A stretch of 64,000 nt of DNA from an uncultured bacterium (GCA_963822585.1 CAWGIE010000019.1:352001-416000), one strand, 5' to 3'; shown: positions 18,739-30,392, numbered from the stretch's first letter. Notes: generated from the sequence alone by a model not told the origin. Made by a program: numbers and translations.

Positions 18739-19756
18739 ACGCAACTATTCCATTGCTCTCCCTGACCGAAACCGATTTCCGCTACCCCGGCGGTTTTTCC
18801 CTCCAGATACGTGAACTGGAGCTGACGGCCGGGGTGGTTCACGCCCTCTCCGGTCCCAACGGTTCCGGGAAGACAACCCTGCTCAATATCCTGGCCCTCC
18901 TTCGCCCGACCCCGGGTATATACCGCTACCGGGGAGAGCCCCTCCCGAAATCACCGCGGCGGCGGCTGGAAGTCCGGCGCGCGTTGACCCTGGTCGAGCA
19001 GAGCCCCTGTTTTTTTCGGTCCACCATAGGGGATAATATCGCTTACGGCTTACGACTCCGGCGACGGGAAGACCGGGAAATAAAAGAAGCGGTCGCCGCG
19101 ATCGCCCGGGAAATGGGCATCGATCCCCTCCTCGACCGGAAACCGGAAGAGCTTTCCGGAGGCGAAAAGCAGAAAGCGGCCCTGGCCCGGGCGCTGGTTC
19201 TGCGCCCCGAGATCCTGCTTCTCGATGAGCCCACGGCGAATGTCGACCAGCAGAGTGTTTTGCTGATCGAGGAAACGGTGAAGAATTTCCACCGACGGAG
19301 GGGAGGCTGCGTGGTCTGGGCCACCCATAATCTCCGGCAGGCTTTCCGGGTCGGCGACCGGGTCATGAGCCTGGTGGACGGGAGATTAACACCGGGGACC
19401 ATCGATAACCTCCTCTTCGGGCGGATCGAAAAAAGAGCCGAGGAAACAATTTTCCGCCTCGGCCCCGGACTGGGAGGCGGTCGTCGCCGCGCCGGCGGCG
19501 GAAGGTGCCAGCCGGATGCTGATTCTTCCCGAGGAGGTAATTCTCTCCCTGGAACCCCTCCGGTCCAGCGCGCGCAACTGTTTCCCGGGCCGGGTGACCG
19601 GGATCGAGGAGAGAGGAGGAAACGTCGCGATTACGGCGGATATCGGGGTGCCGATCACCGCGGTCATTACCCCCGCGTCATATCGGAAGCCTCGGCCTTC
19701 ATCTGAGTTCCAAAGTATATATCAGTTTCAAGGCGACAGCGGCGGCGGTCTTTTAG
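18735..19756 (+). CDS. tupC: Tungstate ABC transporter ATPase with C-terminal TOBE domain; frameshifts near 19470 and 19690
   Basis: GPNGSGKTT, LSGGEKQ, LLLDEPT; SSARNCFPGRV...TAVIT and FKATA TOBE motifs in shifted frames. Confidence 0.85.
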
Positions 19757-19819
19757 CCGCTATTGCATCCACTCTCTATCACTATCCTTCAATTAACATT
19801 CACCTTGAAGATGGCAAAA

Positions 19820-19909
19820 TGGAGTGAGGGAGTATTGGAGTGGTGGGGTGGTGGAAGACACCGCCGGCCGCCGGCATTCCCAATATCCTTTATCACTCCA
19901 TTACTCCCT
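19820..19909. repeat. Inverted arms of degenerate 8-bp tandem units
   Basis: GGAGTGAG-GGAGTATT-GGAGTGGT-GGGGTGGT versus CCAATATC...CACTCCATTACTCC. Confidence 0.65.
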
Positions 19910-19969
19910 TTTCCCCCCCATTATGTTACGATATCCCGGAGATCGTCTTAACGGCAAAGAAACATTGTC

Positions 19970-21105
19970 ATGAGCAGTATCCTTTTTGAACCGGTAACGA
20001 TCGGTTCCCTCCCTTTAAAGAACCGTTTCGTCATGTCGGCCGCGGCGGATAACCTGTCCGGGGAGGAGGGGGAGGTGACGGACGCCCAGATCGCCCGGTA
20101 TACGGAGCTGGCCGCCGGCGGAGTGGGGTTGATCATCAGCGGGGGCATTACCGTTCACTTGACCGGGATGTCCCATCCCGGGTCGCCGACACTGGCGGAT
20201 GACGGGGCGGTCCCCGGCTGGAAAAATCTTACCGCCGCCGTTCACGAGCGGGGAGGGAAGGCCGCAGCCCAGCTCGTCCACTCCGGGGTCTGGACCTCCC
20301 GCTACCAGAATACCCTCGGCCGGAAAGGCATCGCCCCCTCCATCCTGCCGGCGGACTGCTATTACCTGAACCGGGGCTGGATGACCGCGGGCAGATACCG
20401 AAAGGCTACTGATGATGACCTGGAATTGATTATCGCCGCCTTCGGCGCCGCCGCCCGGCGGGCGAAGGAAGCCGGCTTCGACGCGGTCCAACTCCACGGC
20501 GCCCATGACAGCCTTTTGAGCCAGTTCCTCTCCCCCCATACCAACCGGCGGAATGACCGGTGGGGCGGCCCGGTGGAGAACCGCTCCCGCCTTCACCGGG
20601 AGCTTTACCGGGAGATCAGGAAGCAGGTCGGCGAGGACTACCCGGTCATTATAAAGCTCGGTGTGGAAGACGGATTTGACGGGGGCCTCGTTCTCTCAGA
20701 AGGTGCGGCGGCCGCGAGCATCCTGGCCGGGGAAGGGTTCGACGCGATCGAGGTAAGCCTGGGGCTCCAGGGAAAACTCTTCCAGGGGACGGTACTCAGA
20801 ACCGGGATCGACAGCGTGGAAAAAGAAGCTTACTACCGGCACTGGTCACGGGAGATTAAAAAGAGCGTCCCATTCCCGTCCTCCTGGTGGGGGGGCTCCG
20901 TACCTTCAAACTGATCGAGGAGATTGTCCGCGGGGGAGATGCCGATCTCGCCTCGCTCTGCCGCCCCCTGGTCAGGGAACCGCATCTGATCAATGACTGG
21001 AAGGGCGGCGACAGACACCGGGCAACCTGCGTCTCCTGCAACCTCTGCGTGAAAGCACTGGGGGAGGGGAAACCCCTGGCCTGCCAACTAGAGGCCTCAG
21101 GTTAA
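19970..21105 (+). CDS. NADH:flavin oxidoreductase (Old Yellow Enzyme family), frameshift near 20870
   Basis: LKNRFVMSA, AGFDAVQLHGAH, FLSPHTNRRNDRWGG; C-terminus GGLRT...SLCRPLVREP...CVSCNLC in ORF 20887-21105. Confidence 0.9.
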
Positions 21106-21149
21106 CGTTCCGGGCCGGCCACCGGGCGTGGGGTTGCGGAAAACCAGTA

Positions 21150-21173
21150 CCCGTCCCCGTCATAGTCGCCGGG
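21150..21173 (-). pseudogene. Tiny orphan remnant of an FG-GAP-like repeat
   Basis: Reverse strand reads CCC GGC GAC TAT GAC GGG GAC GGG = PGDYDGDG in intergenic DNA. Confidence 0.55.
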
Positions 21174-21211
21174 TTCGGTGAGGGGAAGCGCGGGTACCCG
21201 CCCACGCCGAT

Positions 21212-23664
21212 CTATTTCCCGGTCAAGCTCTCAAGCGCATCGCGGGCCGCGGTGTAGTCCGGCTTGAGGGAGAGCGCCGTCTCCAGGTGCTCGCGGGCCT
21301 CGCTGCTCCGGCCCATTTCAATCAGCAGAAGAGCGACGGTATAGTGGGCGCGCTCCTTCCGGGGATCGATCCCGATCGCCCGCTCGCAGTGCGCGAGCGC
21401 GGCCGACACGTCCCCCTTGAGGCACAGGGTCACGCCCAGGTTGAGATGGGCGTCGGCGTAGTCCGGGTTGACCGCCAGCGCTTGCTCGTAATGGGCGATC
21501 GCGCCGTTCCAGTCGCCTTTCTGGGCCAGGAGGTTGGCGAGGTTGTTGTGCGCGTCGGCCAGGCGAGGATTGATCTCCAGCGCGCGCTCGAACTCCCGCA
21601 CTGCTTCCCCGGTCCGGCCGAGGGCGGCCAGGGCGTTGCCGAGGTTGTTGTGGGCGCCATCGCTGCCGGGCTGGAGGCGGATCGTCTCCCGGTACTGGGT
21701 GATCGCCTCCTCGTAGGCCCCCTTCCCGCCCAGGGCAAGCCCGAGATTGTAGTGGGCCTCGTCATCGTCGGGCTTGATCGCGACCACCCGGCGATAATCG
21801 GCGATCGCCTCCTCGGGGCGTCCCAGCCGCAGGAGCACGCCCGCGCGGTTGTTGTAAGCCTGGACGCATTCCGGGTCGCGGGCAAGAGCCTGCTCGAAGA
21901 GCTCCATCGCCTTGTCGGTTTTTCCGAGCTGGGCCCAGGCGATGCCCAGGTTGCTCAGGATCTCAGCCTTGCCGGGCTGGAGGCGGATCGCCTCCTCGTA
22001 CTCCCGGATGCTTGCCGGGTAGCGGCCCAGGGCGACGAAGAGCGCACCGAGGTTGTTGCGGGCCTGGAAATCTTCCGGGTCGATTTTTAGGGCGGTCCGG
22101 TATTCCCCGATCGCCGCCTCCGTCTTCCCTTCATTCGCCAGGGCGAGGGCGAGATCGTAATGCCACTTTGCCTCCGAGGGCCGATAGCCGGTGAGATCAC
22201 TGCTGCAGAGAAAGAAGATAAGCCCCAAGGCGGCACCCCAGGCCAGGGCCGCGACCGCCCGGCGGGTGAGAATGAGTTCTCCGATCCGGCAAATCCCGAA
22301 GGCGGCGAAGAGGAGAATACCCGGGAGAGCCGGGACGCGGTAGCGGGCCGCGGCGACGAAGGGGAGCATCGAGAGGAAATAGACCCCGACGAAGGCGATG
22401 ACCAGGGTTCCGGCGCTGCGCGCCTCCGCCCCCTCCGGTTTCCGGCGGCGTAAGTCGATGACGAAGAACACGGCCCCAACCAGGGCGAGCGAGAGGACAA
22501 CGGGGAAGGTAAGAGGGATGCGGCGGAGGACCGCCGAGGTCTCCCGGGCGAAGTGCGTCTCCTTGATGTTGGACACCTCCCGCGGTCCCCAGAAGAGCGC
22601 GGCCTTCTTCGCGGTCAGTTTCAGAAAATCGAGCGGGTGGGCCAGGATGAAGCGGACGGCCTCCCGGGCGTAAAGGCTCGAGGCGCGGGCCCAGCCGACT
22701 GACCCCGTCGGAAGCTCCAGTCCTTTCTCCAGCGCCTTGACCGCCTTGGGATAGTCGAAGGGAGAGGAGAAAACACCGTGGTAGGGGAGATAATGGTTGG
22801 TCCCGTCGGAGAGCGGATTGTTCCCGACCGCGAGGCTCATGCCCGCGTTGGCCGCGATCGGAACGAACTCGCCGCTGGCCAGATAGTTCCTGACGACGGC
22901 GGGGGTGATCGCCAGCGCCGTCCCGAGCAGGAAGCCCGCCAAAAGACGGCGGCCGGCGGTATTCCGGTCCGACGGGGAATGCCGCAGGACGGAGCGCCGG
23001 CGCCAGAGCCAGGCGGCCGCGACGGGCCAGAAGAGGAGAACGTTGGGGCGAAAAAGGATGGTGACTCCAAGGGCGAGCCCCGCGACCAGGCCCCGGGCCA
23101 GGCCGGCTTCTTCCCAACCGCGGATAATCAGCCAGAGAAGAAGCACGGAGAGGAAGGCCTCGAGCGAAGTCCCGAGCAGTTCCCCTTCGTAATAGATGAA
23201 GATCCAGTACAGCGCCATCAGCCCGGCATACACCACTCCCACCGCCGCGCCGAAGGGGCGGCGCGCAAAGAGAAAGGCGAGCAGGGCCGCCGCCAGCCCG
23301 ACCGTCATCTGCAGGAGCCGGGGAACAAGATAGCCGCGGCCGAAAAGGCGGTAGACAAGGGCAAGCCAGTAGGCGTAGCCGGGAGGACGGAAAAAGGGGT
23401 GGGTCCGGATCTGGGGGTCCTCGTAGTCCTTAGGGACGCTCCAGTCTCCCGTGGCGATCCCATTCGCCCAGTAGTCGTGGTAAAAGGCGTCGATGGTGGG
23501 CTGGAAGAACTGGGCTGGGAGACGATCTCGCCGAGGAAGAGAGCGCGGAGAAGCGCTCCGGCAAGCAGAACACCGGCGAGGGCGAAACACGACCAGCGGG
23601 GGATGGACGGAGAAGGAAGCGGCGCGGACCGTGGGGGTGTTTGAGTCTCAACGCTCTGGCTCAT
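21212..23664 (-). CDS. GT-C fold (PMT/ArnT-like) glycosyltransferase with C-terminal TPR array; frameshift near 23510
   Basis: N-terminal TM in ORF 23305-23664 joins IDAFYHDYWA...FFRPPGY; many TM helices; repeated AHNNLG-type TPR motifs. Confidence 0.88.
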
Positions 23665-23774
23665 AATTAATTGAGAGCAAGGACCTTGCTGTAATGGATA
23701 GAAGGGACTGCCGGCAAGGATCTCAGTTGACTCGGAGCGTGATCACGAAGAAGATCGTCCGGAAGAAAAGCCGT

Positions 23775-24401
23775 TCAGGGGGAGGGGACAACGATTGTTC
23801 CGCAGTCGACATCCCTCACATTCCCGTCCACTTTCATCGCGACCGAGCAATTCCGGCCCTGGCGGGAAACGATCACGCCGTCAATCAGTTCATCCCCCTC
23901 GGCATAGAATTTGACCACCATTCCTTCCGTGAGCGCCTGGACGCGGAAATCCTCGCGGTCCAGGACTTCATCCGGTTTTCCCGGGTCTAAATAGCGAACG
24001 GTGAACATCCCCGCGGACACATCCACGATAGCGGCGGGATACCAGTACCCGTCCTCTCCATCCGGGACCAGGATCTCGGTACCCGGGCTCAGTTCCCACG
24101 CGCCCGGGTCGAGAGCATCGGATGCCGGGGTTGGTTCGGGGACTGCCTCCGGAGAAGGGCCGGGCGGGGCGTCGCCGATATCGCCGGAGAGATCTTCCGG
24201 TGGAGAATACTCCTCCTCGGTGACCGCTTCTTCGACAATTCCCTCGGTCCCGGGAATTTCACCGGGTGGCTCCGGGGCCGGGGCGAGAATCTCGTCCGGG
24301 GCCGGGGTGAGAGTCTCGTTTTGCGCGGCGGCGGGCGAGCCCGCCGCCGGACCGATGCAAAAGAGAACCACCGCCAACATGGTCATAATTTTCATTAGCA
24401 C
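23775..24401 (-). CDS. Secreted acidic Pro-rich protein with Tudor/Agenet-like C-terminal domains
   Basis: Signal peptide; P/E-rich linker; DGYWYPAAIVDVSAGMFTVRYLD. Confidence 0.6.
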   Translation of the reverse strand: MLMKIMTMLAVVLFCIGPAAGSPAAAQNETLTPAPDEILAPAPEPPGEIPGTEGIVEEAVTEEEYSPPEDLSGDIGDAPPGPSPEAVPEPTPASDALDPGAWELSPGTEILVPDGEDGYWYPAAIVDVSAGMFTVRYLDPGKPDEVLDREDFRVQALTEGMVVKFYAEGDELIDGVIVSRQGRNCSVAMKVDGNVRDVDCGTIVVPSP

Positions 24402-24473
24402 CTGCCGTTCGCGCTGACGCGCGACCTGTTTTGCCCTGATATTTCTGAACGGGCGACTCCTGACACTGTCTGT

Positions 24474-24932
24474 TTACCTGTATGCTTCTGAAACTTTAGG
24501 GGTTTTCGCGGAGGAAGCGGGAGGAGCGATGGTGAAAAACAGTTTTGATAATTCCTCGTCGTTGCGGATCAGAACCACCAGGTAGCTTCCGGGGGCAAGG
24601 TCTTCGGCGTGGAGGTCGCTGGCGACCTCCAGCGCCGGGGTCTCGGGTTTCTCGATAACGAGCGAGAGCACCTCCCAGTCCCCTCCCCAGACCCCTATCT
24701 CGTTTCGGAAGAAGAACTGGAAGGCGATCTGGTCCTGGAAGGGTTCATACCGGCGGTAAACCGCGCGGGCTGGTCGCCCGGCGGAGAGGGAAGTCCCGAG
24801 GCGGTTTCCGGCCGCATCGGCCAGAAAAAATTCCCATGAGACCGGGGCTTTTCGACAGGCCCCGCCAATAATAAAAAAGGGAAAGCAGCGCCATGACCGG
24901 CGCTGCTTTCCCTTTGCTGCGTTACCGGACAA
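24474..24932 (-). CDS. Hypothetical protein (5' end uncertain)
   Basis: The 3' half looks protein-like (LAPGSYLVVLIRNDEELSKLFFTI); no family recognised. Confidence 0.35.
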   Translation of the reverse strand: MSGNAAKGKQRRSWRCFPFFIIGGACRKAPVSWEFFLADAAGNRLGTSLSAGRPARAVYRRYEPFQDQIAFQFFFRNEIGVWGGDWEVLSLVIEKPETPALEVASDLHAEDLAPGSYLVVLIRNDEELSKLFFTIAPPASSAKTPKVSEAYR

Positions 24933-24945
24933 TTAACTCTCCGTA

Positions 24946-25955
24946 TCAATACGTGGATTTGTAAGTGTAAACATAAATGGCGTCGCTCTTGTAAGAATTA
25001 GCGACGGTGGCGTTGAGGATGACCACACAGTTCTCGTCGTTATCAGTATCGGCGGAAGCGGTCCAGTTGAAAGAGCCGGTGACCACGCGAGGACCGCTGG
25101 TGGTCCCGGCGTCGATGGCCATATACTTGTCGTGCAGGAGACCCGCATAGGCGTCCTTACGGACCGCGCAGCCCGCACTCTTGAGACTGGTGTACGTGGA
25201 CCCCGCCTGCCAGGAGTCGAAGGTCCCTGGACCGTGACTCCGGCGTTCTTGCGGGCTATCAGCGCGTTCTGGATCCCCGTGTCGGTGAAGGTGAAGATAT
25301 CGAAGTAGATGCTTTTGCTGGCGGTGGCGATTTGGGTGTTGACGGCGGTGCGGACGGCCTGCTTGGGTGAGAAGTAGGTGTAAATGGTCGAGCCGTCCAC
25401 CTTAGTGGTCCCGGAGTAGTTAACTTTGCTGGCGCTGAACGTCCCGGCGTACATCTGCAGAAACTCGTTCTTGAAGAGAGTGGCGAAGGTGGAGGAGCCG
25501 CTGAAAATGATGACATTGTTCTTGTCGGCGGTGGTCTGATCGGTAGTGAAGTTATAGGACCCGGTCAGCACCTTGGTCCCGTCCACGACGATGAACTTGT
25601 TGTGCATCAGGGCGGAGCGGCCGTCGCAGATGATCGGGATGCCGTAGCTGGCCAGAAGGTCGTAGGAATCAGCGTAGCCGGCCTTGTAGCGATAATCCGT
25701 CTCGGTTACCATCCGGACATCCACCCCCCGCTGCTTGGCGGCGATCAGAGCGTTCACGATCGAGGGCTGGTTGATGGCGTAAATGGCGACGTAGCAATAG
25801 CTCGTGGCCCCGTTAATGACCTCGCAAACCCTCGTGTCAATGTAATTGGCATTCGGGGGGTTATTGAAATACGTGGATATCGTCGCCCGTGCCGCCGGAA
25901 CAGCAATAGCGACCATCAAAATCACCACCATAACCGCAAAAACCTTCATTCTCAT
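24946..25955 (-). CDS. Secreted phospholipase D family protein (two HKD motifs); frameshift near 25228
   Basis: Signal peptide MRMKVFAVMVVILMVAIA; MHNKFIVVDG...TGSYN; second LHDKYMAID...TGSFNW in the shifted frame ending YKSTY*. Confidence 0.9.
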
Positions 25956-26005
25956 AACCGCCCTCCATTGGGTTGGCATCCCGGATTGTTTACACTATTT
26001 TTAAA

Positions 26006-26021
26006 AGCAATCTCCGTGCCA
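26006..26021 (-). promoter_or_regulatory. Sigma54 (-24/-12) promoter of the PLD gene
   Basis: Minus strand TGGCACG-GAGA-TTGCT, perfect consensus, about 50 bp upstream of the ATG. Confidence 0.85.
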
Positions 26022-26165
26022 ATGTCGCGAAAAATAGATAAATTATCATAACTCTCACTCCCGCATAATATTAATGATTACCGACTGCCGGCGAGAAGAA
26101 TTCGAGTCCCGGCATTTTGGCCCCATAACAATGGAGAGTCTCAAAAAAGGGGGGCCACTCTGGCC

Positions 26166-27544
26166 CTATTTTTTCCGGGAGGAGGGGGAGAATTTCCGGG
26201 GAGAGATCTGGTAGGATCCCAGTTTCCGCTTCAGGGACCGGAGCGGGCAGCCGAGTTCCCGGGAGGCTTTGCTGACATTGCCCCGGGTCCGGCGCAGGGC
26301 CTCTTCAATCAGGTATTTTTCCAGGATGCCGACCTTCTCTTTCAGGGAATCGCCGCCGGAGAGACAGAGCCCGACCGACGTGTCAACATCCCGTACGAAC
26401 GCGGGCAAATCTTCCCGGGAAAGACCGCCATTACCCGGTCCGGCGACGGCCACCTTGAGGACATTTTCCAACTCCCGGACATTCCCGGGCCAGTCGTAGC
26501 CAAGCAGGTAATTCATCGCCTCGGGAGTCACCTGCAATTGGTCCCGGTCCATCCGGTTCAGGAAATAGCCGACCAGGAGCGGGATGTCCTCTTTTCTCTC
26601 CCTGAGCGGCGGTACCCGCAAGCTCAGGACCTGGAGGCGGTAATACAGATCCTTTCGAAATTTCCCCGCCTTCACGGCTTCCCCGAGATCCTCGTTGGTG
26701 ACGGCGATAACCCGGATGTCTACCTTGACGGGGGTATCCCCGCCCAGGGGGTCGAATTGCTTTTCCTCCAGGGCCTGCAGAAGTTTGGCCTGAGCGAAAA
26801 GGCTCAAGGTCGCCACTTCGTCTAAAAACAGGGTACCCCCGTGAGCAGAAAGGATCTTGCCTTTTCTCTCCTGAAACGCCCCGGTAAAGGCGCCCTTATG
26901 ATGGCCGAAGAGTTCGCTTTCGAGCAGGGTCTCGGGGAGAGCGCCGCAGTTAACCACGACAAACGGGCTCTTCGCCCGGGGGCTGCCTTGATGGATGGCA
27001 CGGGAGATCAGGGACTTCACGGTCCCGGTCTCGCCCGTGATCGAGACACTGAGCTCGCTCCCGGCGGCCTTCTCGACAAACTCATAGACCGCCCGCATGG
27101 CCGGGCTTCTCCCCACTAGGCCCGGATGGGGAGAACTCACTCTCAGCTCCCGGCGCAGGGACTTCACTTCGGTGACCAGCGCGCGGTGTTGAGCAATCTT
27201 TTCCAGGATGGCGAGCAGCTCCTCCCCGTCCACGGGCTTGCTCAGATAATCGAAGGCCCCTTTTCTCATGGCGGCCACCGCGCCTGATGTTCCCGAACGA
27301 GGTCATCAGCAGCAGGGTTAAATCCGGAAAATGTTTCTGGCCTGCTCCACCAGCTCGAGGCCGCTCATCTCCGGCATCCTGACATAGGTCAGAAGGACCT
27401 GGAAGCCCCTTTTTCCAGCTTCTTCAGGGCCCGGGAAGGCAGAGACGCGGTTTCCACCTCGTATTCGGACATTTCCAAAAAAGCGCTCACGCTTTTAAGG
27501 ATGTTTTCCTCGTCGTCCACTACCAGTATTTTCAGCTTTTTCAT
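26166..27544 (-). CDS. Sigma54-dependent NtrC-family response regulator; frameshifts in the receiver domain
   Basis: MKKLKILVVDDE at 27544; ESELFGHHKGAFTGA, GGTLFLDEV, FRKDLYYRL, WPGNVRELEN; Fis-type HTH. Confidence 0.9.
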
Positions 27545-28857
27545 CTCAGCTCCTGACCGGAAGTTCGATAGTGAATTTCGCGCCCTCCAGGGTTCGCTCT
27601 TTACGGAAATACTCCGTAATGGCATTCCACGGTGCAGTGGACCTGGGAGAGGCCGATGCCGCTTCCAGTACTCCTGGTGGTGAAAAATATGTCGAAGATG
27701 TTCTTCTGAAAGGCGGGATAGATTCTGAAGCCGTCATCCTCGAATCCAGGAGAATCCGCTCCCGAGAAGGGATGTCGCCACCCGGATGCGGCCGCCCGGC
27801 TCCACCGCTTACAGGGAATTGCGAAACAGATTAAGGATGGCGTGATGGAACTCGTCCTGGTCAGGTTTATCCTGGGCAGGTTTTGCGCCAGGGAAAGGGT
27901 TAGCTGGATTTTTTTCTGCTTCAGTTCCCCTGAGGCTTTTTATAACAAGCCCGATGAGGTTGTTGATACTGCTTTTTTAGATCCGGGAGGGAACGACGGG
28001 CAGGCCAAAAGAGATGAGACGATCCACCAGACTGATGAGCCTCTGGATTTCCGTTTTTATGATGGCCAAGCTCCCCGGCAGTATTTTTCAGCCCGTTCCC
28101 GATCTATCCCCGGGCGTAGGGATTTCTCGATCACGGCGGTGGAAAAGAAAATCGAGTTCAGAGGGTTCTTGACCGCGTGGGCTACCCCGGCCACCAGCTT
28201 GGAGGTGGCGGCCAGTTTCTCGGTCTGTTCAGCTTGAGCTGGGTTGTTTCCAGGTTGGCGATGCTTGGCGCAGTTTCGCGGTCCGTTTGGCCACGCTCTT
28301 CTCCAAAGTCCGGGCGTATTCTCGAAGTTCCCGGTAAAGACGGGCGTTTTCCAGGGCGATAGCGATGTTGCCGCAGATATGACCGAGAATCTCTTCGTCT
28401 TTTCTGCTGTAGGCGTTTTCTTTGGCTGGAGATTGAAAGTGATCACCGGTCGCGGTAAACAGAGGAAATAAGATGATAGTTTGAATGATGTATTATTTAA
28501 GTAAAGTGAGGCGCAGATATGATAAAATTTTAATTTATTTATATAGCTATAAAGTTATTTTGTAGGGAAAAAAGGTTTTAGTATTTAATTTAAATGATTA
28601 TAAGAAATTAAAGATGTTGATTTTATAGAATTATGAGTAATATAGTTATTAAGTTTAAAAGATAAGATTTAGTTTTAGAAATGATGCAAGCACCTCCTTG
28701 AGTTCGAGGCTGGAGGTTATCACTTGTTGATCTCCGAAAATGGCCAGCTGCCGGATTCGCTCACGCCCCGGCCCGGGCAATACCTTTTCCCGGCTTGCGC
28801 AAGCGCCTGACCGCTTTTAAGCGACCGCGTTCAGGTGGTAGGAAGTGAGGCTTTCAT
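27541..28857 (-). pseudogene. GAF-domain sensor histidine kinase, heavily disrupted (probably sequence quality)
   Basis: H-box AGVAHAVKNPLNSI; C-terminal GAKFTIELP; GAF lead-in ITSSLELKEVL near 28685-28720; interrupted by a C-depleted tract. Confidence 0.7.
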
Positions 28858-28954
28858 GGATTTGAATATAGCAAGGATGGAAGATGGAAGAGGGGAGAAG
28901 CAGAAGGATATTATTAGGGTGTAAGAGAGAGAGATATTGGTTTAGTTGAGGATA

Positions 28955-29069
28955 TGGTCAGGGAACCGCACCTGATCAATGACTGGAAGGACGGCGACAG
29001 GCACCGGGCGACCTGTGTCTCCTGCAACCTCTGCGTGAAAGCGCTGGGGGAGGGGAAACCCCTGGCCTG
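28955..29069 (+). repeat. 115-bp direct repeat of the 3' end of the flavin oxidoreductase gene (copy 1 at 20969-21083)
   Basis: About 6 mismatches, mostly synonymous; reads VREPHLINDWKDGDRHRATCVSCNLCVKALGEGKPLAC then YLDSR*. Confidence 0.92.
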
Positions 29070-29119
29070 TTACCTTGATTCCCGGTAACCACCACCCGAT
29101 CACGACCTCTCCTCCGTCA

Positions 29120-29623
29120 TCAGTCCAGGGTGGTCTTTTTCAGATATTCTTCTATCCTGAGCCGGACAATATCCCAGTCACCATGCAGGGAAAAGTCGGC
29201 GATCCCGCATTCAGTGTACGCGTTCGAGTCTGTGTCCTTATCCCCCACTCCGAAGAGAACGTTGTAACGCTCCTGGAGAGAACGGATTTCCCGAATTTTA
29301 AACAGGGTGGATTCCTCGGCGGCATCTTCTTTCAAGATAAGCGCGCCGGAAGAGAAACCCCATTTTTTTAATATCCACTCCGTCTCCTCGCGCCTGTCCG
29401 TCGTCCGGGCTGATAAATAGAAGAGGGTGATCCCCCGCGATTCGATCCATTTCGTCGCCGCCGGAGCGCCGGCGAGAGGACGGGGCGGTTTGTTGGAATT
29501 AATAAGGGTTCCATCGACATCGATAACACAGGCGGGAGGTTTGATCCGTCCGCAACCGGAAATGTACAGAAAGCAACAGAGTAGAAATGCAATAACGCCG
29601 ATGTGAAAATATCTTTTGCTCAT
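29120..29623 (-). CDS. HAD-superfamily phosphatase, probable lipoprotein
   Basis: Start at MSKRYF; lipobox-like ISGC; DVDGTL, YLSAR and GVGDKDTD motifs. Confidence 0.85.
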   Translation of the reverse strand: MSKRYFHIGVIAFLLCCFLYISGCGRIKPPACVIDVDGTLINSNKPPRPLAGAPAATKWIESRGITLFYLSARTTDRREETEWILKKWGFSSGALILKEDAAEESTLFKIREIRSLQERYNVLFGVGDKDTDSNAYTECGIADFSLHGDWDIVRLRIEEYLKKTTLD

Positions 29624-29807
29624 TATATATATTAGCTTGTGGTGCTCGCTTTTTGGTAACGAGAGGACAAGGCCCATCCTCGGACTACCTGTTCATTATG
29701 GACCTCCGGCTTTTTCCGCGATATTTTGAGAGTATGCTATGTTATGCCTGTATTTTTCAGCAAAAAAAGGTCAAAATGGGGAGGAACATCAACGAAGGAG
29801 GATTCCG

Positions 29808-30338
29808 ATGAAATATTTCCTGATGGCGGTTCTGTTGGTCGTTCCGGTCCTCGCGGCTGGAGCTGGAGAATCAGACTGGAGGACTTTTACCTCGGAAGCG
29901 GGCGGTTTCACCATCCTCATGCCGGGCATCCCCACGTTCAGCGAGACCACCGATCATACCGTGGTCGGAGCGGTCGTTCAGAATCTCTACAGCCTGAAGA
30001 CGCCGCGGGCATCTTTCAGTGCCGAGTATTCAAACTTACCGGGAATCGCCACCTTCTTCGACAGCGTCGACGCCATCTACGATGACGTTAAAGAAGGGCT
30101 GTTGAAGCGGACCGGCGCCCGGTTGCTCAGTTATTACGGGATAGAGCAGGATGGGATCATGGGCAAAGAGATGGTGTACGAGATCCCGGCCGAGGAAGCT
30201 CGCCCGGGTCACCGGGAGAAGGCGCGGTTCCTGTTAAACGATGAGCGCCTCCATGTACTGGTTGTCACCCTGGGGGAGGAGGAAGAAATGGCGGCACTGG
30301 TTTCCCGTTACCTGGATTCATTCCACTTTATTAAGTAG
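29808..30338 (+). CDS. Hypothetical secreted protein
   Basis: SD AAGGAGG; signal peptide MKYFLMAVLLVVPVLAA; WRTFTSEAGGFTILMPG...YLDSFHF. Confidence 0.75.
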   Translation: MKYFLMAVLLVVPVLAAGAGESDWRTFTSEAGGFTILMPGIPTFSETTDHTVVGAVVQNLYSLKTPRASFSAEYSNLPGIATFFDSVDAIYDDVKEGLLKRTGARLLSYYGIEQDGIMGKEMVYEIPAEEARPGHREKARFLLNDERLHVLVVTLGEEEEMAALVSRYLDSFHFIK

Positions 30339-30392
30339 CCTCCTATCGTCTCCAAGGACACGAAGACAGCCGACACGACAGGGCAAGCGATA

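Noticed and set aside
19460..19700. Programmed frameshifting in tupC or other genes
   Set aside because: No canonical slippery heptamer with downstream structure seen; indels are spread across unrelated genes
27010..27040. Walker A variant GETGTVKS as a catalytically dead activator
   Set aside because: A single substitution in an error-rich region; cannot be separated from sequencing error
28470..28955. AT-rich, C-depleted tracts as a foreign island or replication origin
   Set aside because: They interrupt a histidine kinase whose GAF lead-in resumes near 28685, show extreme strand-specific C loss, and lie in the most error-rich area; base-calling failure is more likely
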